NCBI GenBank assembly: GCA_963781595.1
Contig: CAWAGG010000006.1
Coordinates: 2,626,923 to 2,690,922, forward strand
From: an uncultured Actinomycetota bacterium
GTDB taxonomy: Bacteria; Actinomycetota; UBA4738
Direction: 5' to 3'
Length of the DNA stretch: 64,000 nt
Shown: positions 54,292-64,000 of the stretch, in pieces
How positions within the stretch are numbered: the first letter of the stretch is position 1
Layout: the number at the start of each line of letters is the position of its first letter
The notes under the pieces: generated by a model
The model's database searches: none
What the model saw: the letters and a program-made list of their open reading frames with translations, nothing else
Told to the model about the DNA's origin: nothing
Program-made: the position numbers and the translations under genes

Positions 54292-55355
54292 CGACGGACA
54301 TCGCGTACCTCGAGGACCTGCGGGAAGACCTGCTGCTCGTCGCCCAGCGCGAGACGATCCTGCGCGAAGCGCCGGGGCTCGCGCGTCGACCTGCTCCGGC
54401 GCGACGGCGTCCGAGCCGCCGCTCGCTGATCGTGATCGGGATCGCGGCGACGCTGGCCGCGGCCGGCGCGATCGGTGCGTTCGTGACGCGAGCTGCGGCG
54501 CCGAGCATCGAGGCGATGCCCCGGACTGCCCCGGACCTCCAGAGGCTGGCCCCCGGCAGCGGCCAGCACCCGGCCGATGCCGGCCCGATCCCCGAACCGA
54601 TCGCCCAAGGCGGCGGAGGCGGGGGCGGATCGGCCCCGCCTCCGGCCGGACCGGGCGAGACGGGATCGATCGGAACCGTGGCGCCGCTGATCGTGAAGAC
54701 GGCGGAGCTGTCGATCGTCGTCGCCCGGGGTGACTTCACGGGCGCGTTCGCGAAGGCCAGCGCCGTCGCGTCTCCGCTCGGCGGCTACGTCGAGTCGTCG
54801 TCGACGTCCGGGACCCGTTCGAAGTCAGGCGAGCTGACGATCCGGGTGCCGGCGGATCGGTTCGACGCTGCACTCGCGGCGCTGCGCCCGCTCGGGAGGA
54901 TCGAGTCCCAGGCGATCGAGGGTCAGGACGTCACCGCCCAGTACGTCGACCTGACCGCGCGGCTGCACACCTGGCAGGCGCAGGAGCAGGCGCTGCTGCG
55001 CCTGATGGCGAAGGCCACATCGGTGAGCGACACGCTCCGGGTCCAGGCGCAGCTCCAGCACGTGCAGCTGACGATCGAGCAGCTCAAGGGCCAGATCCGG
55101 GTGATGCGCAACCGTGCGGCCAACGCGACGATCACCGTGGCGCTCCGCGAAGCCTCCCCGGCGGGGCCCGCCGTGCAGACGGTCCAGAACCCGAGCATCG
55201 GGACCGCGTTCCGGCGAGCGCTCGCCGGTGTGCTGAACGTGGTCGTGGCGATCGTCGTCGGGCTCGGGTACCTCGTCCCCATCGGGTTCCTGGTGGGGGT
55301 CGCGTGGCTGGCGGTGCGGTCGATCCGCCGGCGCCGGTTCGCCGCGACGACCTAG
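54288..55355 (+). CDS. DUF4349-domain membrane protein (candidate anti-sigma partner)
   Basis: The ATG overlaps the sigma stop (ATGA). TM LIVIGIAATLAAAGAIGAFV. Gly/Pro linker (GGGGGGGSAPPPAGPG). DUF4349-like core LSIVVARGDF...GELTIRVPADRFDAAL...VTAQYVDLTARL. C-terminal TMs. Confidence 0.8.
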   Translation: MTTDIAYLEDLREDLLLVAQRETILREAPGLARRPAPARRRPSRRSLIVIGIAATLAAAGAIGAFVTRAAAPSIEAMPRTAPDLQRLAPGSGQHPADAGPIPEPIAQGGGGGGGSAPPPAGPGETGSIGTVAPLIVKTAELSIVVARGDFTGAFAKASAVASPLGGYVESSSTSGTRSKSGELTIRVPADRFDAALAALRPLGRIESQAIEGQDVTAQYVDLTARLHTWQAQEQALLRLMAKATSVSDTLRVQAQLQHVQLTIEQLKGQIRVMRNRAANATITVALREASPAGPAVQTVQNPSIGTAFRRALAGVLNVVVAIVVGLGYLVPIGFLVGVAWLAVRSIRRRRFAATT

Positions 55356-55469
55356 ATCCATGCCGGCGCTCGATCGCCCACGGCTCCACCCTGGCGTCGT
55401 CTGTAGAATCGCGGCCGCAACCTACCGCTCGGTAAGGAGCCAACCGGACCGGAAGCGAGGTACGCAGCC

Positions 55470-56240
55470 GTGAACGTGATCGTGCTGGCGAAATACGTCC
55501 CGAACCCGAACGGGACACCCGAGATGGGTGACGACTTCCTGTTGAAACGCGAGGGCGTCGAGGGGGCGATGGATCCCACCGACGAGTACGGCGTCGAGGC
55601 CGGCCTGAAGCTGGTCGAGGCCGCAGGCGAGGGCGAGGTGACCCTGGTCTCGATGGGGCCGGAGCCGGCGCTCACCGGCATCCGCAAGGGCCTCTCGATG
55701 GGCGCCGACCGCGCGGTGGTCATCACCGACCCGGCGCTCCGAGGCGCCGACGCGCTGGTCACCGCGCGTGTGCTCGCGAAGGCGATCGCGCGGCAGCCGT
55801 TCGACGTCGTGATCTCAGGCGCCGAGTCGACCGACGGCTACACGGGCACGCTGCCGATGACGCTCGCCCAGCTCCTCGGGCTTCCGAGCGTGACGTTCGT
55901 CCGGAGCCTCTCGGTCGACGGTGGCACGCTGAAGGCCGAACGCCAGACCGAGGCCGGGTACGACGAGGTCGAAGCGCCCCTCCCCTCCCTCGTGACGGTG
56001 ACGGCTGGTGTCGGTGACCCCCGCTACCCGACCCTCAAGGGCATCATGGGCGCGAAGTCGAAGCCGGTCGAACAGCTCACGGCCGGTGACCTGGGGCTCT
56101 CGGGCGACGACCTCACGCCGGGCCAGACGGTCAGCGGCGCGACGGCGGCCGCGGAGAAGGCGGCCGGTCAGGTGTTCGAGGACGACGGCACCGCCGCGGA
56201 GCGGATCGCGGCGTTCATGCAGGAAGCGAAGGTGTTCTAG
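55470..56240 (+). CDS. etfB: Electron transfer flavoprotein subunit beta
   Basis: VNVIVLAKYVPNPNGTPEM...VSMGPE...VISGAESTDGYTG. GTG start. Confidence 0.95.
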   Translation: MNVIVLAKYVPNPNGTPEMGDDFLLKREGVEGAMDPTDEYGVEAGLKLVEAAGEGEVTLVSMGPEPALTGIRKGLSMGADRAVVITDPALRGADALVTARVLAKAIARQPFDVVISGAESTDGYTGTLPMTLAQLLGLPSVTFVRSLSVDGGTLKAERQTEAGYDEVEAPLPSLVTVTAGVGDPRYPTLKGIMGAKSKPVEQLTAGDLGLSGDDLTPGQTVSGATAAAEKAAGQVFEDDGTAAERIAAFMQEAKVF

Positions 56241-57206
56241 ATGGCGAAGATCTGGGTGTACGCGGACATCGGCTCGGACGGGACGCCGGATGGTTCGGCG
56301 CTCGAGCTGCTGACGAAGGCCCGATCGCTCGGCGCCGAGGCGCTCGAGGCCGTGGCCCTGGGACCGGGCGCATCGCAGGCGGCGGCCGTGCTCGGCGAGT
56401 ACGGGGCCACGACCGTCTACGCGAGCGACGATCCCGTCTACGTCGAGCACCTGGCCGAGCCCGCGGCCGTCACGCTCGCCGCGCTCGTGGCCGAGCATCG
56501 GCCCAACCTGATCCTGTTCGCCACGTCGTACGCATCGCGCGACGTCGCCGGGCGCCTCTCCGCACGGCTCGGTTCGACGCTGATGAGCAACGCGTCGGAC
56601 GTGACGGGAGCGGCCGGCGCGCAGACGCAGATCTTCGGCGGGACGAAGGTCGTCGACGTCGCGCTCGCCGGGCCCGATCCGAAGCTCGTCCTGGTTCGGC
56701 CGAAGTCCTTCGCCGCGGAGCCCTCGGGCGGCAGCGCGACGGTCGTAACCGTGACCCCGGACGTCCCCGATGACGCCAAGCGCGTGCGCGTGCTGCAGCG
56801 CCACGAGGAAACCGCGAGCGGCCCGAAGATCGAGGACGCGAAGGTGGTGATCGCGGGCGGCCGCGGTCTGGGCGAGGCGGCGAACTTCGGCCTGCTGAAC
56901 GACCTGGCGGAGGCGCTCGGCAACGCCGCGGTCGGTGCGTCGCGCGCGGTCGTCGACGCGGGCTGGGTGCCGTACAGCTATCAGGTCGGCCAGACCGGCA
57001 AGACGGTCAAGCCCGAGGTCTACATCGCGGTCGGCATCAGCGGGGCGATCCAGCACCTCGTCGGGATGAAGGAGTCGAAGCGGATCGTCGCGATCAACAA
57101 GGACCCCGACGCGCCGATCTTCGCCTACGCGGACCTGGGCATCGTCGGCGACGCGCTGAAGATCCTGCCGAAGCTCACCGAGGAGATCCGCGCCCGCAAG
57201 GGTTGA
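56241..57206 (+). CDS. etfA: Electron transfer flavoprotein subunit alpha
   Basis: ...VIAGGRGLG...[46 protein letters not shown]. Confidence 0.95.
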   Translation: MAKIWVYADIGSDGTPDGSALELLTKARSLGAEALEAVALGPGASQAAAVLGEYGATTVYASDDPVYVEHLAEPAAVTLAALVAEHRPNLILFATSYASRDVAGRLSARLGSTLMSNASDVTGAAGAQTQIFGGTKVVDVALAGPDPKLVLVRPKSFAAEPSGGSATVVTVTPDVPDDAKRVRVLQRHEETASGPKIEDAKVVIAGGRGLGEAANFGLLNDLAEALGNAAVGASRAVVDAGWVPYSYQVGQTGKTVKPEVYIAVGISGAIQHLVGMKESKRIVAINKDPDAPIFAYADLGIVGDALKILPKLTEEIRARKG

Positions 57207-57239
57207 CGTCGGCGTTCCGCCGGGCCGTGGGGCCGGCGA

Positions 57240-57647
57240 TCAGCTCGCGTGACGTCGAACGTGCGACGCCAGGTCCGCGCTGAGCCCGTCCAGACGCGCG
57301 CTCACGCCGTCGATCCTGGCGTTCATCGCGTCCAGCCTCGCGTCGACGGCGTCGAACCGGTCGTCGATGTGCTGGAACCTGGCGTCGATCTGACCGAACC
57401 TCGCGTCGACCTGTCCGAACCTGCCGTCGATCTGGCCGAACCTCGCGTCGACCTGTCCGAACCTGCCGTCGACCTGTCCGAAGCGTTCATCGATGCGGCC
57501 CTCCAATGCGTCGAACCGAACATCGACCCGCGACCCGAGACCGTCGATCCGTGATCCGAGGCCGTCGATCCGGGTGCCGAGATAGAAGAGGCTCCCGAAG
57601 CTGAACGCCGCCAGCAGGCCGATCGCGGTCCAGACCGCCGCTCCCAT
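57240..57647 (-). CDS. Membrane-anchored heptad-repeat (coiled-coil-like) protein, 135 aa
   Basis: MGAAVWTAIGLLAAFSFGSLFYLG (TM), then about 15 heptads: RIDGLGS RIDGLGS RVDVRFD ALEGRID ERFGQVD GRFGQVD ARFGQID GRFGQVD ARFGQID ARFQHID DRFDAVD ARLDAMN ARIDGVS ARLDGLS. GC3 is high. Confidence 0.75.
   Translation of the reverse strand: MGAAVWTAIGLLAAFSFGSLFYLGTRIDGLGSRIDGLGSRVDVRFDALEGRIDERFGQVDGRFGQVDARFGQIDGRFGQVDARFGQIDARFQHIDDRFDAVDARLDAMNARIDGVSARLDGLSADLASHVRRHAS
57363..57488. repeat. 21-bp tandem array (6 units, with a 42-bp higher-order period) encoding the heptads
   Basis: The units gtcgatctgaccgaacctcgc / gtcgacctgtccgaacctgcc repeat with 1 mismatch per 42 bp, read directly. Confidence 0.9.
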
Positions 57648-57709
57648 CGTCGGTCGAATGTAGCACGGGCGTCCGACGCCGCCGTCGGACGACCCGCGGG
57701 GAAGGAGCT

Positions 57710-58351
57710 TCAGGCGCGGAGCCCGGACTCCGATCCCGTGCCGAACAGCCGGTCGCCGAAGTCCCCGAGCCCGGGGAGGATGTACCCGTTCGCGTTCAGC
57801 TCGCGGTCGATCGCTGCGGTGAAGATCGGGACACCGGGGTGCTCGCCCTCCATCCGCGCGATGCCCTCGGGCGCGGACACGATGCAGACGAACGCGAGGT
57901 GCGCGGGCGTGCCCTCCAGCAGGCTGGTGGACGCCCGCGACGCCGAACCGCCCGTCGCGAGCATCGGGTCGAGCAGCAGCACGTGGCGTCCGTGCAGCGG
58001 CGGGACCTTCTGGTAGTACGACGCCGGCTCCAGCGTGGCGTCGTCGCGTTCGAGCCCGATGTAACCGACCGTCACCTCGGGGAACAGTTCCGTGACGGCC
58101 TCGAGCATCCCCAGGCCGGCACGCAGGATCGGCACGGCGACGAGGTCCGGAGATACCACGCGGCCGGGCGCCGGTTCCAACGGGGTCCGAACCTGCACGT
58201 CGACCGTGGGCAGGTCCCGGACCGCCTCCAGGACCAACGCGATCGTGAGCCGCTTCGCGATCGTCCGGAACAGCGGTGGCGGCGTCGTCTCGTCCCGCAG
58301 GCGCGTCAGCAGGTGCTGGGCGAGCGGGTGATCGATCACCGTCACGGTCAT
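57710..58351 (-). CDS. upp: Uracil phosphoribosyltransferase
   Basis: MTVTVIDHPLAQHLLTRLRD...VPILRAGLGM...LLLDPMLATGGSA...YILPGLGDFGDRLFGT. Confidence 0.95.
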   Translation of the reverse strand: MTVTVIDHPLAQHLLTRLRDETTPPPLFRTIAKRLTIALVLEAVRDLPTVDVQVRTPLEPAPGRVVSPDLVAVPILRAGLGMLEAVTELFPEVTVGYIGLERDDATLEPASYYQKVPPLHGRHVLLLDPMLATGGSASRASTSLLEGTPAHLAFVCIVSAPEGIARMEGEHPGVPIFTAAIDRELNANGYILPGLGDFGDRLFGTGSESGLRA

Positions 58352-58399
58352 GGCGCCCGTATGGTACGCGAGCGGCCGTGCGGGTAGCCTCGCGCTGCG

Positions 58400-59731
58400 A
58401 TGCACGACCCACGCGACGTCGTCCAGGCGAAACGCGACGGGGCCGAACTGGACCCCGAGGCGCTCCGCGCGTTCGTGCTCGACTACGCGAAGGGCGACAT
58501 CCCCGACTACGTCGCCTCCGCGTTCCTGATGGCGGCGTTCATCCGCGGGCTGTCGCTCGCCGAGACCTCCGCGATGACCGCTGCGATGATCGACTCCGGG
58601 TCGACGCTGCCGTTCGCGCGCGTCACCAGCCCGAAGGTCGACAAGCATTCGACCGGCGGGGTGAGCGACGGCGTGTCCCTGGTGTTCGCCCCGCTCGCGG
58701 CGTCCCTCGGCCTCGCGGTCGCCAAGCTCTCCGGACGCGGCCTCGGGCATACGGGCGGCACGCTCGACAAGCTCGAGTCGATCCCAGGGTTCCGAGTCTC
58801 CCTGACGCCCGAGGAGCTGGAGGCGCAGGTCGAACGGATCGGCTGTGCGATCGCCGGCCAGACGCCGGACATCGTCCCCGCCGACGGCGCGCTGTACGCG
58901 CTGCGCGACGCGACCGCGACCGTCGCGAGCATCCCGCTGATCGCTGCCAGCGTGATGTCGAAGAAGCTCGCCGTCGGTTCGAACCTGATCCTGCTCGACG
59001 TCAAGGCCGGCAGCGGCGCCTTCATGAAGACGCCCGAGGCGGCCGCCGAGCTGGCGTCGCTCTGCGTGGGGCTCGCGGCCGATCGCGGGCGCCGGGCGGT
59101 CGCCGCGGTGACGGACATGTCGCAGCCGCTCGGGAACGCGATCGGCAACGCGCTCGACGTGGCCGAGACGGTCGAGGTGCTCGCCGGGCGCGAGCGCGGA
59201 CGCCTCCGCGATCTGGCGGTGCTCTTCGCGGGACGGGCGCTGTCGGAGTTGGGGTACGTGGAGCCCGCCGAGGCGCGCAGACGAGCCGAGCGCGCCCTCG
59301 ACGACGGGTCGGCCCTGGAGCGGTTCGCCGCGCTCGTCGAGGCGCAGGGAGGGGACCCGGCCGTCGCCGACGATCCGTGGACCGTGCTGTCCCGCGCCCC
59401 CCTCGTCGTACCGATCGGCGCGCCGTGCGACGGGTTCGTCGGCGCGGTCGACGCCGAGGAGATCGGACGCGCCGGCGTAGCGCTCGGCGCCGGGCGTGTG
59501 AAGAAGGGCGACCCGGTCGACCCAGCCGTCGGGATCGTGATCCGGGCGAAGATCGGCGACGCGGTCCGCGCGGACGAGCCGATCGGCGAGGTGCACGCGC
59601 GGACGGAGCAGGCCGCGTCGGATGCGCTCAGGCGGGTCCGCGCCGCGATGCATCTGACCGACGAGCCCGTGACGCCTCCGGCTCTCGTCCACGGGTGGCA
59701 CGAGCCCGCGGGGGCTCCGCCGGCCAGCTGA
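58400..59731 (+). CDS. deoA: Thymidine / pyrimidine-nucleoside phosphorylase
   Basis: DVVQAKRDGAELD...ASAFLMAAFIRGLS...VDKHSTGGVSDGVSL...SGRGLGHTGGTLDKLESIPG. Confidence 0.95.
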   Translation: MHDPRDVVQAKRDGAELDPEALRAFVLDYAKGDIPDYVASAFLMAAFIRGLSLAETSAMTAAMIDSGSTLPFARVTSPKVDKHSTGGVSDGVSLVFAPLAASLGLAVAKLSGRGLGHTGGTLDKLESIPGFRVSLTPEELEAQVERIGCAIAGQTPDIVPADGALYALRDATATVASIPLIAASVMSKKLAVGSNLILLDVKAGSGAFMKTPEAAAELASLCVGLAADRGRRAVAAVTDMSQPLGNAIGNALDVAETVEVLAGRERGRLRDLAVLFAGRALSELGYVEPAEARRRAERALDDGSALERFAALVEAQGGDPAVADDPWTVLSRAPLVVPIGAPCDGFVGAVDAEEIGRAGVALGAGRVKKGDPVDPAVGIVIRAKIGDAVRADEPIGEVHARTEQAASDALRRVRAAMHLTDEPVTPPALVHGWHEPAGAPPAS

Positions 59732-59748
59732 GCGACGGGCATCCGTCC

Positions 59749-60663
59749 ATGGGCCGCGTCGTCGTCGTCGGCAGCTCGAACATGGACCTGAGCGTCGCCG
59801 CCCCGACCCTCCCGAGACCCGGCGAGACCGTGCTCGGGCACTCGTTCGCGCGCGGACCCGGCGGCAAGGGTTCGAACCAGGCGATCGCTGCGCGCAGGCT
59901 GGGCGCCGAGGTCACGTTCGTGACGAAGCTCGGCGAGGACCGCTTCGGCGACGAGCTCCGAGCCGTCTTCGAGCGCGAAGGCCTCCCCTCGCATGGGATC
60001 CTGCGAACGAGGGACGCACCGACGGGCATCGCGCTGATCGTGGTCGACGACGCCGGCCGGAACGCGATCGCGGTGGCGCCGGGCGCGAACGCGCTCCTCA
60101 CTCCGGACGACCTCACGTCGATCCCCGGATTGTTCGACGGCGCCTCGCACCTCCTCTGTCAGCTCGAGACCCCGCTCGAGGTCGTCATCGCAGCCGCGCG
60201 CGGGGCGCGGCGCGCCGGACTCACCGTCGTCCTGGATCCCGCCCCGGCCCGCACGCTCCCCGACGGCGCCTTCGCCCTCGTCGACGTCCTGACGCCGAAT
60301 CAGGCGGAGCTGCAGGAACTGACCTCGCTCCCGACCCGCTCGCTTGACGAGATCGAGACCGCCGCCCGCTCCTTGATCGGACGCGGTGTCGGGGCCGTGA
60401 TGGCAACCCTCGGCGACCGCGGCTCCCTGCACGTCGACCCCGCAGCCTCCGTGCACATCGCCGCACCGACCGTGCGGTCGATCGACACGACCGGCTGCGG
60501 CGACGCCTTCGCGGGCTGCTTCGTGGCCGCTCTCGCGACCGGGTCCGACGCCCACGCCGCTTCGGACCTGGCGTCCCGAGCGGGGTCGTTCTGTGCCACG
60601 CGCAGGGGTGTGCTGGACGGCCTGCCGACCCACGCCGATCTGGACCGCGAGCTCCCGTCCTGA
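59749..60663 (+). CDS. rbsK: Ribokinase
   Basis: MGRVVVVGSSNMDLSV...GGKGSNQAIAA...DTTGCGDAFAGCF. Confidence 0.9.
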   Translation: MGRVVVVGSSNMDLSVAAPTLPRPGETVLGHSFARGPGGKGSNQAIAARRLGAEVTFVTKLGEDRFGDELRAVFEREGLPSHGILRTRDAPTGIALIVVDDAGRNAIAVAPGANALLTPDDLTSIPGLFDGASHLLCQLETPLEVVIAAARGARRAGLTVVLDPAPARTLPDGAFALVDVLTPNQAELQELTSLPTRSLDEIETAARSLIGRGVGAVMATLGDRGSLHVDPAASVHIAAPTVRSIDTTGCGDAFAGCFVAALATGSDAHAASDLASRAGSFCATRRGVLDGLPTHADLDRELPS

Positions 60664-60673
60664 GCCGGAACGG

Positions 60674-61969
60674 TTACTGCGCTTGACCTTTCCGGTACGG
60701 ACGGCCGTCCCACGTGGGGGGCCGCAGCCGCTGCGACGCCACCGATAGCACGACGAGCGTCGCGATGTACGGGACCGTCCCGACCAACTGTCCGGGGACC
60801 GACTGACTGGTCGCCCACCACATGAAGAACCCCGAGGACAGGATCACCAGCGCGGCGCCCGGCACGGCTCGCTTCCGACCGATGAACCAGACGGCCGCGA
60901 TGGCCAGCGCCATGGCCACGAACAGTAGCAGCGCGTGGATCGCCGGGTCCGAACGCAGCTGCAACGAGTCCGCGTAGCCGAACAGTCCGGCAGCGACGCC
61001 GATCCCTCCGGGCCGCCAGTTCCCGAAGATCAACGCGGCGAGGCCGATGAAGCCGCGGCCGCCGGTCTGGCCCTCGTGGTAGATGCCCGCTTCGAAGACC
61101 AGGAACACCCCGCCGAGGCCCGCCAGGACCCCGGAGATCACGACGCCGATGTACTTCATCAGGTACACGCGGACGCCCAGCGAGTCGGCGGCGATCGGGT
61201 TCTCGCCGACGGACCGCATGCGCAGGCCCGTACGCGTCCTCCAGAACCACCAGTAGGAGAAGGGGATCAAGGCCACCGCGATCAGCGTGAGGGCCGACAG
61301 GTCGAACATCAGACCCTTCGTCACGCCCGCCACATCCGAGATCAGGAACCAGTGCTTGCGCTCGAACCACCCGAGCACGTCCGGTGTCTTCTGGATGCCG
61401 AGGAACGGACCGCCCGCCAGCACGGGCATCGTGAAGTGGAACAGCGTGCCGGTCACCTGCGGCGACTGTGCGGCGCTCCCGCCAGTGTCGATCGTGTACG
61501 TGATCACCGAGAGGAACCTGGCGATGCCGGCGGCGAGGATGTTGATCGCGACCCCTGACACGATCTGATCGACGCCGAACGTGATCGTAGCGACCGCGTG
61601 GAGCAGCCCCCCGGCCGCGCCCCCGGCCATGCCGAAGAGCACGCCGTACCACGGGCCGAACTTCCACCCTGCCCACGCGCCGAACCAGGTCCCGAGGATC
61701 ATCATGCCCTCGAGCCCGATGTTCACCACGCCGACCCGCTCGGACCACAGGCCGCCCAGGCCGGCGAAGAGGATCGGCACCGCCAGGCCGAGGGCGGCAG
61801 CGAAGGTGAAGCTGGAGGTCAGCTCCTTCGACCCCGTGAGCTCGCGGACGATCACGAGCGTGAGCAGCGCGACGGCCATGATCACCCAGGAGCGTCGGAT
61901 CTTCGGTCGCGGCCGGGGCTCCGACTCCCCGCGGGGTTCGACCAGGATGTCGCTGTGCTCGCTCGCCAT
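60674..61969 (-). CDS. ABC transporter permease (BMP-family nucleoside/sugar uptake system, second permease)
   Basis: Polytopic membrane protein: NIGLEGMMILGTWFGAWAG..., GGRGFIGLAALIFGNWRP. Confidence 0.9.
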   Translation of the reverse strand: MASEHSDILVEPRGESEPRPRPKIRRSWVIMAVALLTLVIVRELTGSKELTSSFTFAAALGLAVPILFAGLGGLWSERVGVVNIGLEGMMILGTWFGAWAGWKFGPWYGVLFGMAGGAAGGLLHAVATITFGVDQIVSGVAINILAAGIARFLSVITYTIDTGGSAAQSPQVTGTLFHFTMPVLAGGPFLGIQKTPDVLGWFERKHWFLISDVAGVTKGLMFDLSALTLIAVALIPFSYWWFWRTRTGLRMRSVGENPIAADSLGVRVYLMKYIGVVISGVLAGLGGVFLVFEAGIYHEGQTGGRGFIGLAALIFGNWRPGGIGVAAGLFGYADSLQLRSDPAIHALLLFVAMALAIAAVWFIGRKRAVPGAALVILSSGFFMWWATSQSVPGQLVGTVPYIATLVVLSVASQRLRPPTWDGRPYRKGQAQ

Positions 61970-63084
61970 CAGGCCGCCACCCCTTCCACGGGCGCCGTGG
62001 GTTCACGGGTCTTCTGCGCGGCGGCACGAACGTCCTGCGCCTCGACCAGCCGCCGGACCAGTTCGTAGGCGATGACCACCGACAGGATGATCACGCCCTG
62101 CATGATCTGGATGACCTCCTTCGGGATCCCGTTGAGGTCGAGGATCTGCGCGGAGACTTCGAGGAAGGCGAACAACAGCGCAGCCGCAGCGATCCCGATC
62201 GGGTTGTTCCTGCCCACCAGCGCGATCGCGATCCCGCTGAACCCCAGGCCGGTCGGGAAGTCCAGGGTGTACGCGTGGAAGAAGGAGAGCAGGTAGAGCA
62301 TCCCCACCAGGCCGGCGACCGCGCCGGACATCAGCATCGTCCTGATCACCATCGCGCCAGGGTTGACGCCGCTCACGCGCGCTGCGCCGGGGTTCATGCC
62401 CGAAGCCCGCAGGTTGAACCCGAAGCGGGTCCGCCACACCACCACGTAGTACACGACGCCGACGGCGATGGCCACCAGCAGGAACCCGCTCAGGGGTTCG
62501 TTGGGATTCGTGATCCCGAGCAGCCTGTCGAGGTTCGGGAACAGCCCCGACTTCGGGATCTCCCGGGTTCGCGTGGCCAGGTCGGATGCGACCGTCGCGC
62601 GCTTCAGGTAGTTCAACAAGAGGTAGGACCCGATGCCGAACGCGATGAAGTTCAACATGATCGTGGAGATGACCTCGGACACGCCGCGGGTCACCTTCAG
62701 CACGCCGGCGATGCCCGCCCAGACGGCGCCGACGGTCATCGCGGTGACCAGTATCAGCGTGACGTGCACCACCGGCGGCAGATGCACGGCGGCGCCGACC
62801 GCGGCCGCCAGCAGCGCCGCCAGGTAGTACTGGCCCTCGACCCCGATATTGAACAGGTTCATCTTGAACCCGATCGCGACCGCGATCGCGGACAGGAACA
62901 GCGGCGACGCACGGTTCACGATCGAGATGATCTGGTTGCCCTGGATCCCGTACGACGCCATGGATCGGAAGGCCGAGAACGGGTTCTGGTGGATCGCCAG
63001 CAGCGCGATCGAGGAGACCACGAGAGAGAACGCGATCGCCGCGGCCGGAGCGAGCAGCCAGAGCAGCGCACGCCGGATCCTCAC
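61969..63084 (-). CDS. ABC transporter permease (BMP-family system, first permease)
   Basis: The GTG at 63084 overlaps the ATPase stop (GTGA). NLFNIGVEGQYYLAALLAAAVG..., GFSGIAIALVGRNNP. Confidence 0.9.
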   Translation of the reverse strand: MRIRRALLWLLAPAAAIAFSLVVSSIALLAIHQNPFSAFRSMASYGIQGNQIISIVNRASPLFLSAIAVAIGFKMNLFNIGVEGQYYLAALLAAAVGAAVHLPPVVHVTLILVTAMTVGAVWAGIAGVLKVTRGVSEVISTIMLNFIAFGIGSYLLLNYLKRATVASDLATRTREIPKSGLFPNLDRLLGITNPNEPLSGFLLVAIAVGVVYYVVVWRTRFGFNLRASGMNPGAARVSGVNPGAMVIRTMLMSGAVAGLVGMLYLLSFFHAYTLDFPTGLGFSGIAIALVGRNNPIGIAAAALLFAFLEVSAQILDLNGIPKEVIQIMQGVIILSVVIAYELVRRLVEAQDVRAAAQKTREPTAPVEGVAA

Positions 63085-64000
63085 GATGCCTCCCGCTGCT
63101 TCGCGCCTGTCATGTACAGGCCCAACTCCTCGGGCGTGACCGTCGACGCGTCGACCTTGGCGACCAATCGGCCCCCGAAGATGACCCAGAGTGTGTCCGA
63201 CAAACCGATCAGCTCCTCGAGGTCGGCGGACACGAGCAGCAGCGCGAGTCCGGCGGCGCGGGCGTGGCGGATCGCGTCCCACACCGCGGCCTGCGCGCCG
63301 ACGTCGATCCCCCTGGTGGGCTGCGCGGCCAGCAGCACCTTCGGCTCGGCGATCATCTCGCGTCCGACGATCAGCTTCTGCTGATTGCCACCGGACAGCG
63401 CGTAGGCTGCGGCCCCGATCCCGGGCGTCGCGACGCGGTACTGCTCGACGATGGCTTCGGTCTGCCGCTTCGCGCCCGCTCGATCGATCCACGGTCCCTT
63501 GACGAACGGCGCGGTCCCCTGGTGGCCCAGCATCGCGTTCTCCCACAGCGGGGCGGCCAAGAGCAACCCACCCTCCTGTCGGTCCTCCGGGATGTAGCCG
63601 ATGCCGGCATCGCGCCGAGCCTCCGTCGACCACCCCGTGATGTCCTGGCCTCCGAGATCGATCGTGCCGGTGGTCGCGGGCGTGAGGCCGATCAGCGCGT
63701 CCAGAAGCTGCGCCTGCCCGTTCCCCTCTACGCCGGCGACGCCCAGGATCTCGCCCCGATGGATGTCGAACGACGCGTCCTGCAGCAGCCACCTCCCGTC
63801 TGGAGACTGGACGCCGAGCCCCTTCACCGAGAGCTCGACCGTATCGGTCACGGTCGATTCACGCGTCTCCGGGCGCGGCAGCTCGCTGCCGACCATCAGC
63901 TCCGCGAGTTGCCCGGTGGTCACGTCCGTCGGATCGACCGTGGCCACGGTGTGCCCACCGCGCATCACCGTGATCGTGTCCGCGATCTCCAGGATCTCGT
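63081..64000 (-). CDS. ABC transporter ATP-binding protein (duplicated ATPase, C-terminal part; the 5' end lies beyond the window)
   Basis: GEILGVAGVEGNGQ (Walker A of the second module), LSGGNQQKLIV, LLAAQPTRGIDVG. The frame stays open to the window edge (...EILEIADTITVMRGG). Confidence 0.9.
   Translation of the reverse strand, partial: EILEIADTITVMRGGHTVATVDPTDVTTGQLAELMVGSELPRPETRESTVTDTVELSVKGLGVQSPDGRWLLQDASFDIHRGEILGVAGVEGNGQAQLLDALIGLTPATTGTIDLGGQDITGWSTEARRDAGIGYIPEDRQEGGLLLAAPLWENAMLGHQGTAPFVKGPWIDRAGAKRQTEAIVEQYRVATPGIGAAAYALSGGNQQKLIVGREMIAEPKVLLAAQPTRGIDVGAQAAVWDAIRHARAAGLALLLVSADLEELIGLSDTLWVIFGGRLVAKVDASTVTPEELGLYMTGAKQREAS

Overview
This is a high-GC (about 70% by eye) chromosomal segment of Actinomycetota type. 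The taxon markers are an MshC-type mycothiol ligase, the F420 gene cofC/fbiD, an HU protein with a basic tail, Tat signals and ECF sigma pairs. I support about 65 protein-coding genes, one tRNA (tRNA-Gln CUG) and several coding tandem repeats. I see no rRNA, no CRISPR array and no intact transposase or integrase.

Most of the window is housekeeping or central metabolism:
- pckA, ddl, a Cys/Met PLP enzyme, tdh-kbl, lysA, chrA, gpsA-plsC, cofC, HU and mshC.
- etfBA, and upp-deoA-rbsK next to a BMP-type nucleoside/sugar ABC transporter.
- A betaine/sarcosine-type block (BHMT-like methyltransferase plus monomeric sarcosine oxidase).
- A GH9 cellulase, a CocE/NonD hydrolase, and GMC, alcohol dehydrogenase and flavin amine oxidase oxidoreductases.

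Many neighbouring genes share 4-nt ATGA/GTGA stop-start overlaps, at 2372, 5247, 10572, 28749, 31151, 32341, 33549, 45667, 50481, 54288 and 63081. These define tight operons.

The observations most worth a second look are:
1. A 91-aa ORF with Ser at every third residue for 23 consecutive triplets (15862-16137).
2. A decayed integrative-element remnant downstream of tRNA-Gln (about 24.3-27.15 kb). Its integrase fragment encodes the HDLRH motif out of frame.
3. At least five genes whose homology continues in another reading frame (cupin, PIN toxin, esterase, integrase, BNR fragment). This is either genome decay or indel errors in the assembly.
4. A perfect 15-bp x6 in-frame tandem repeat in the N-terminus of a GNAT acetyltransferase.
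5. A membrane-anchored protein made of 15 heptads, encoded by a 21-bp tandem array.
6. Unusual fusions and couplings: Usp-Usp-Rieske next to a membrane cupredoxin; a copper-radical oxidase coupled to an anchored 7-blade propeller; a Zn-ribbon-cyclase-STAND-TPR giant; and a YbjN-aminotransferase-phosphoesterase operon.

All functional calls come from motif and family recognition by eye. No database search was run.
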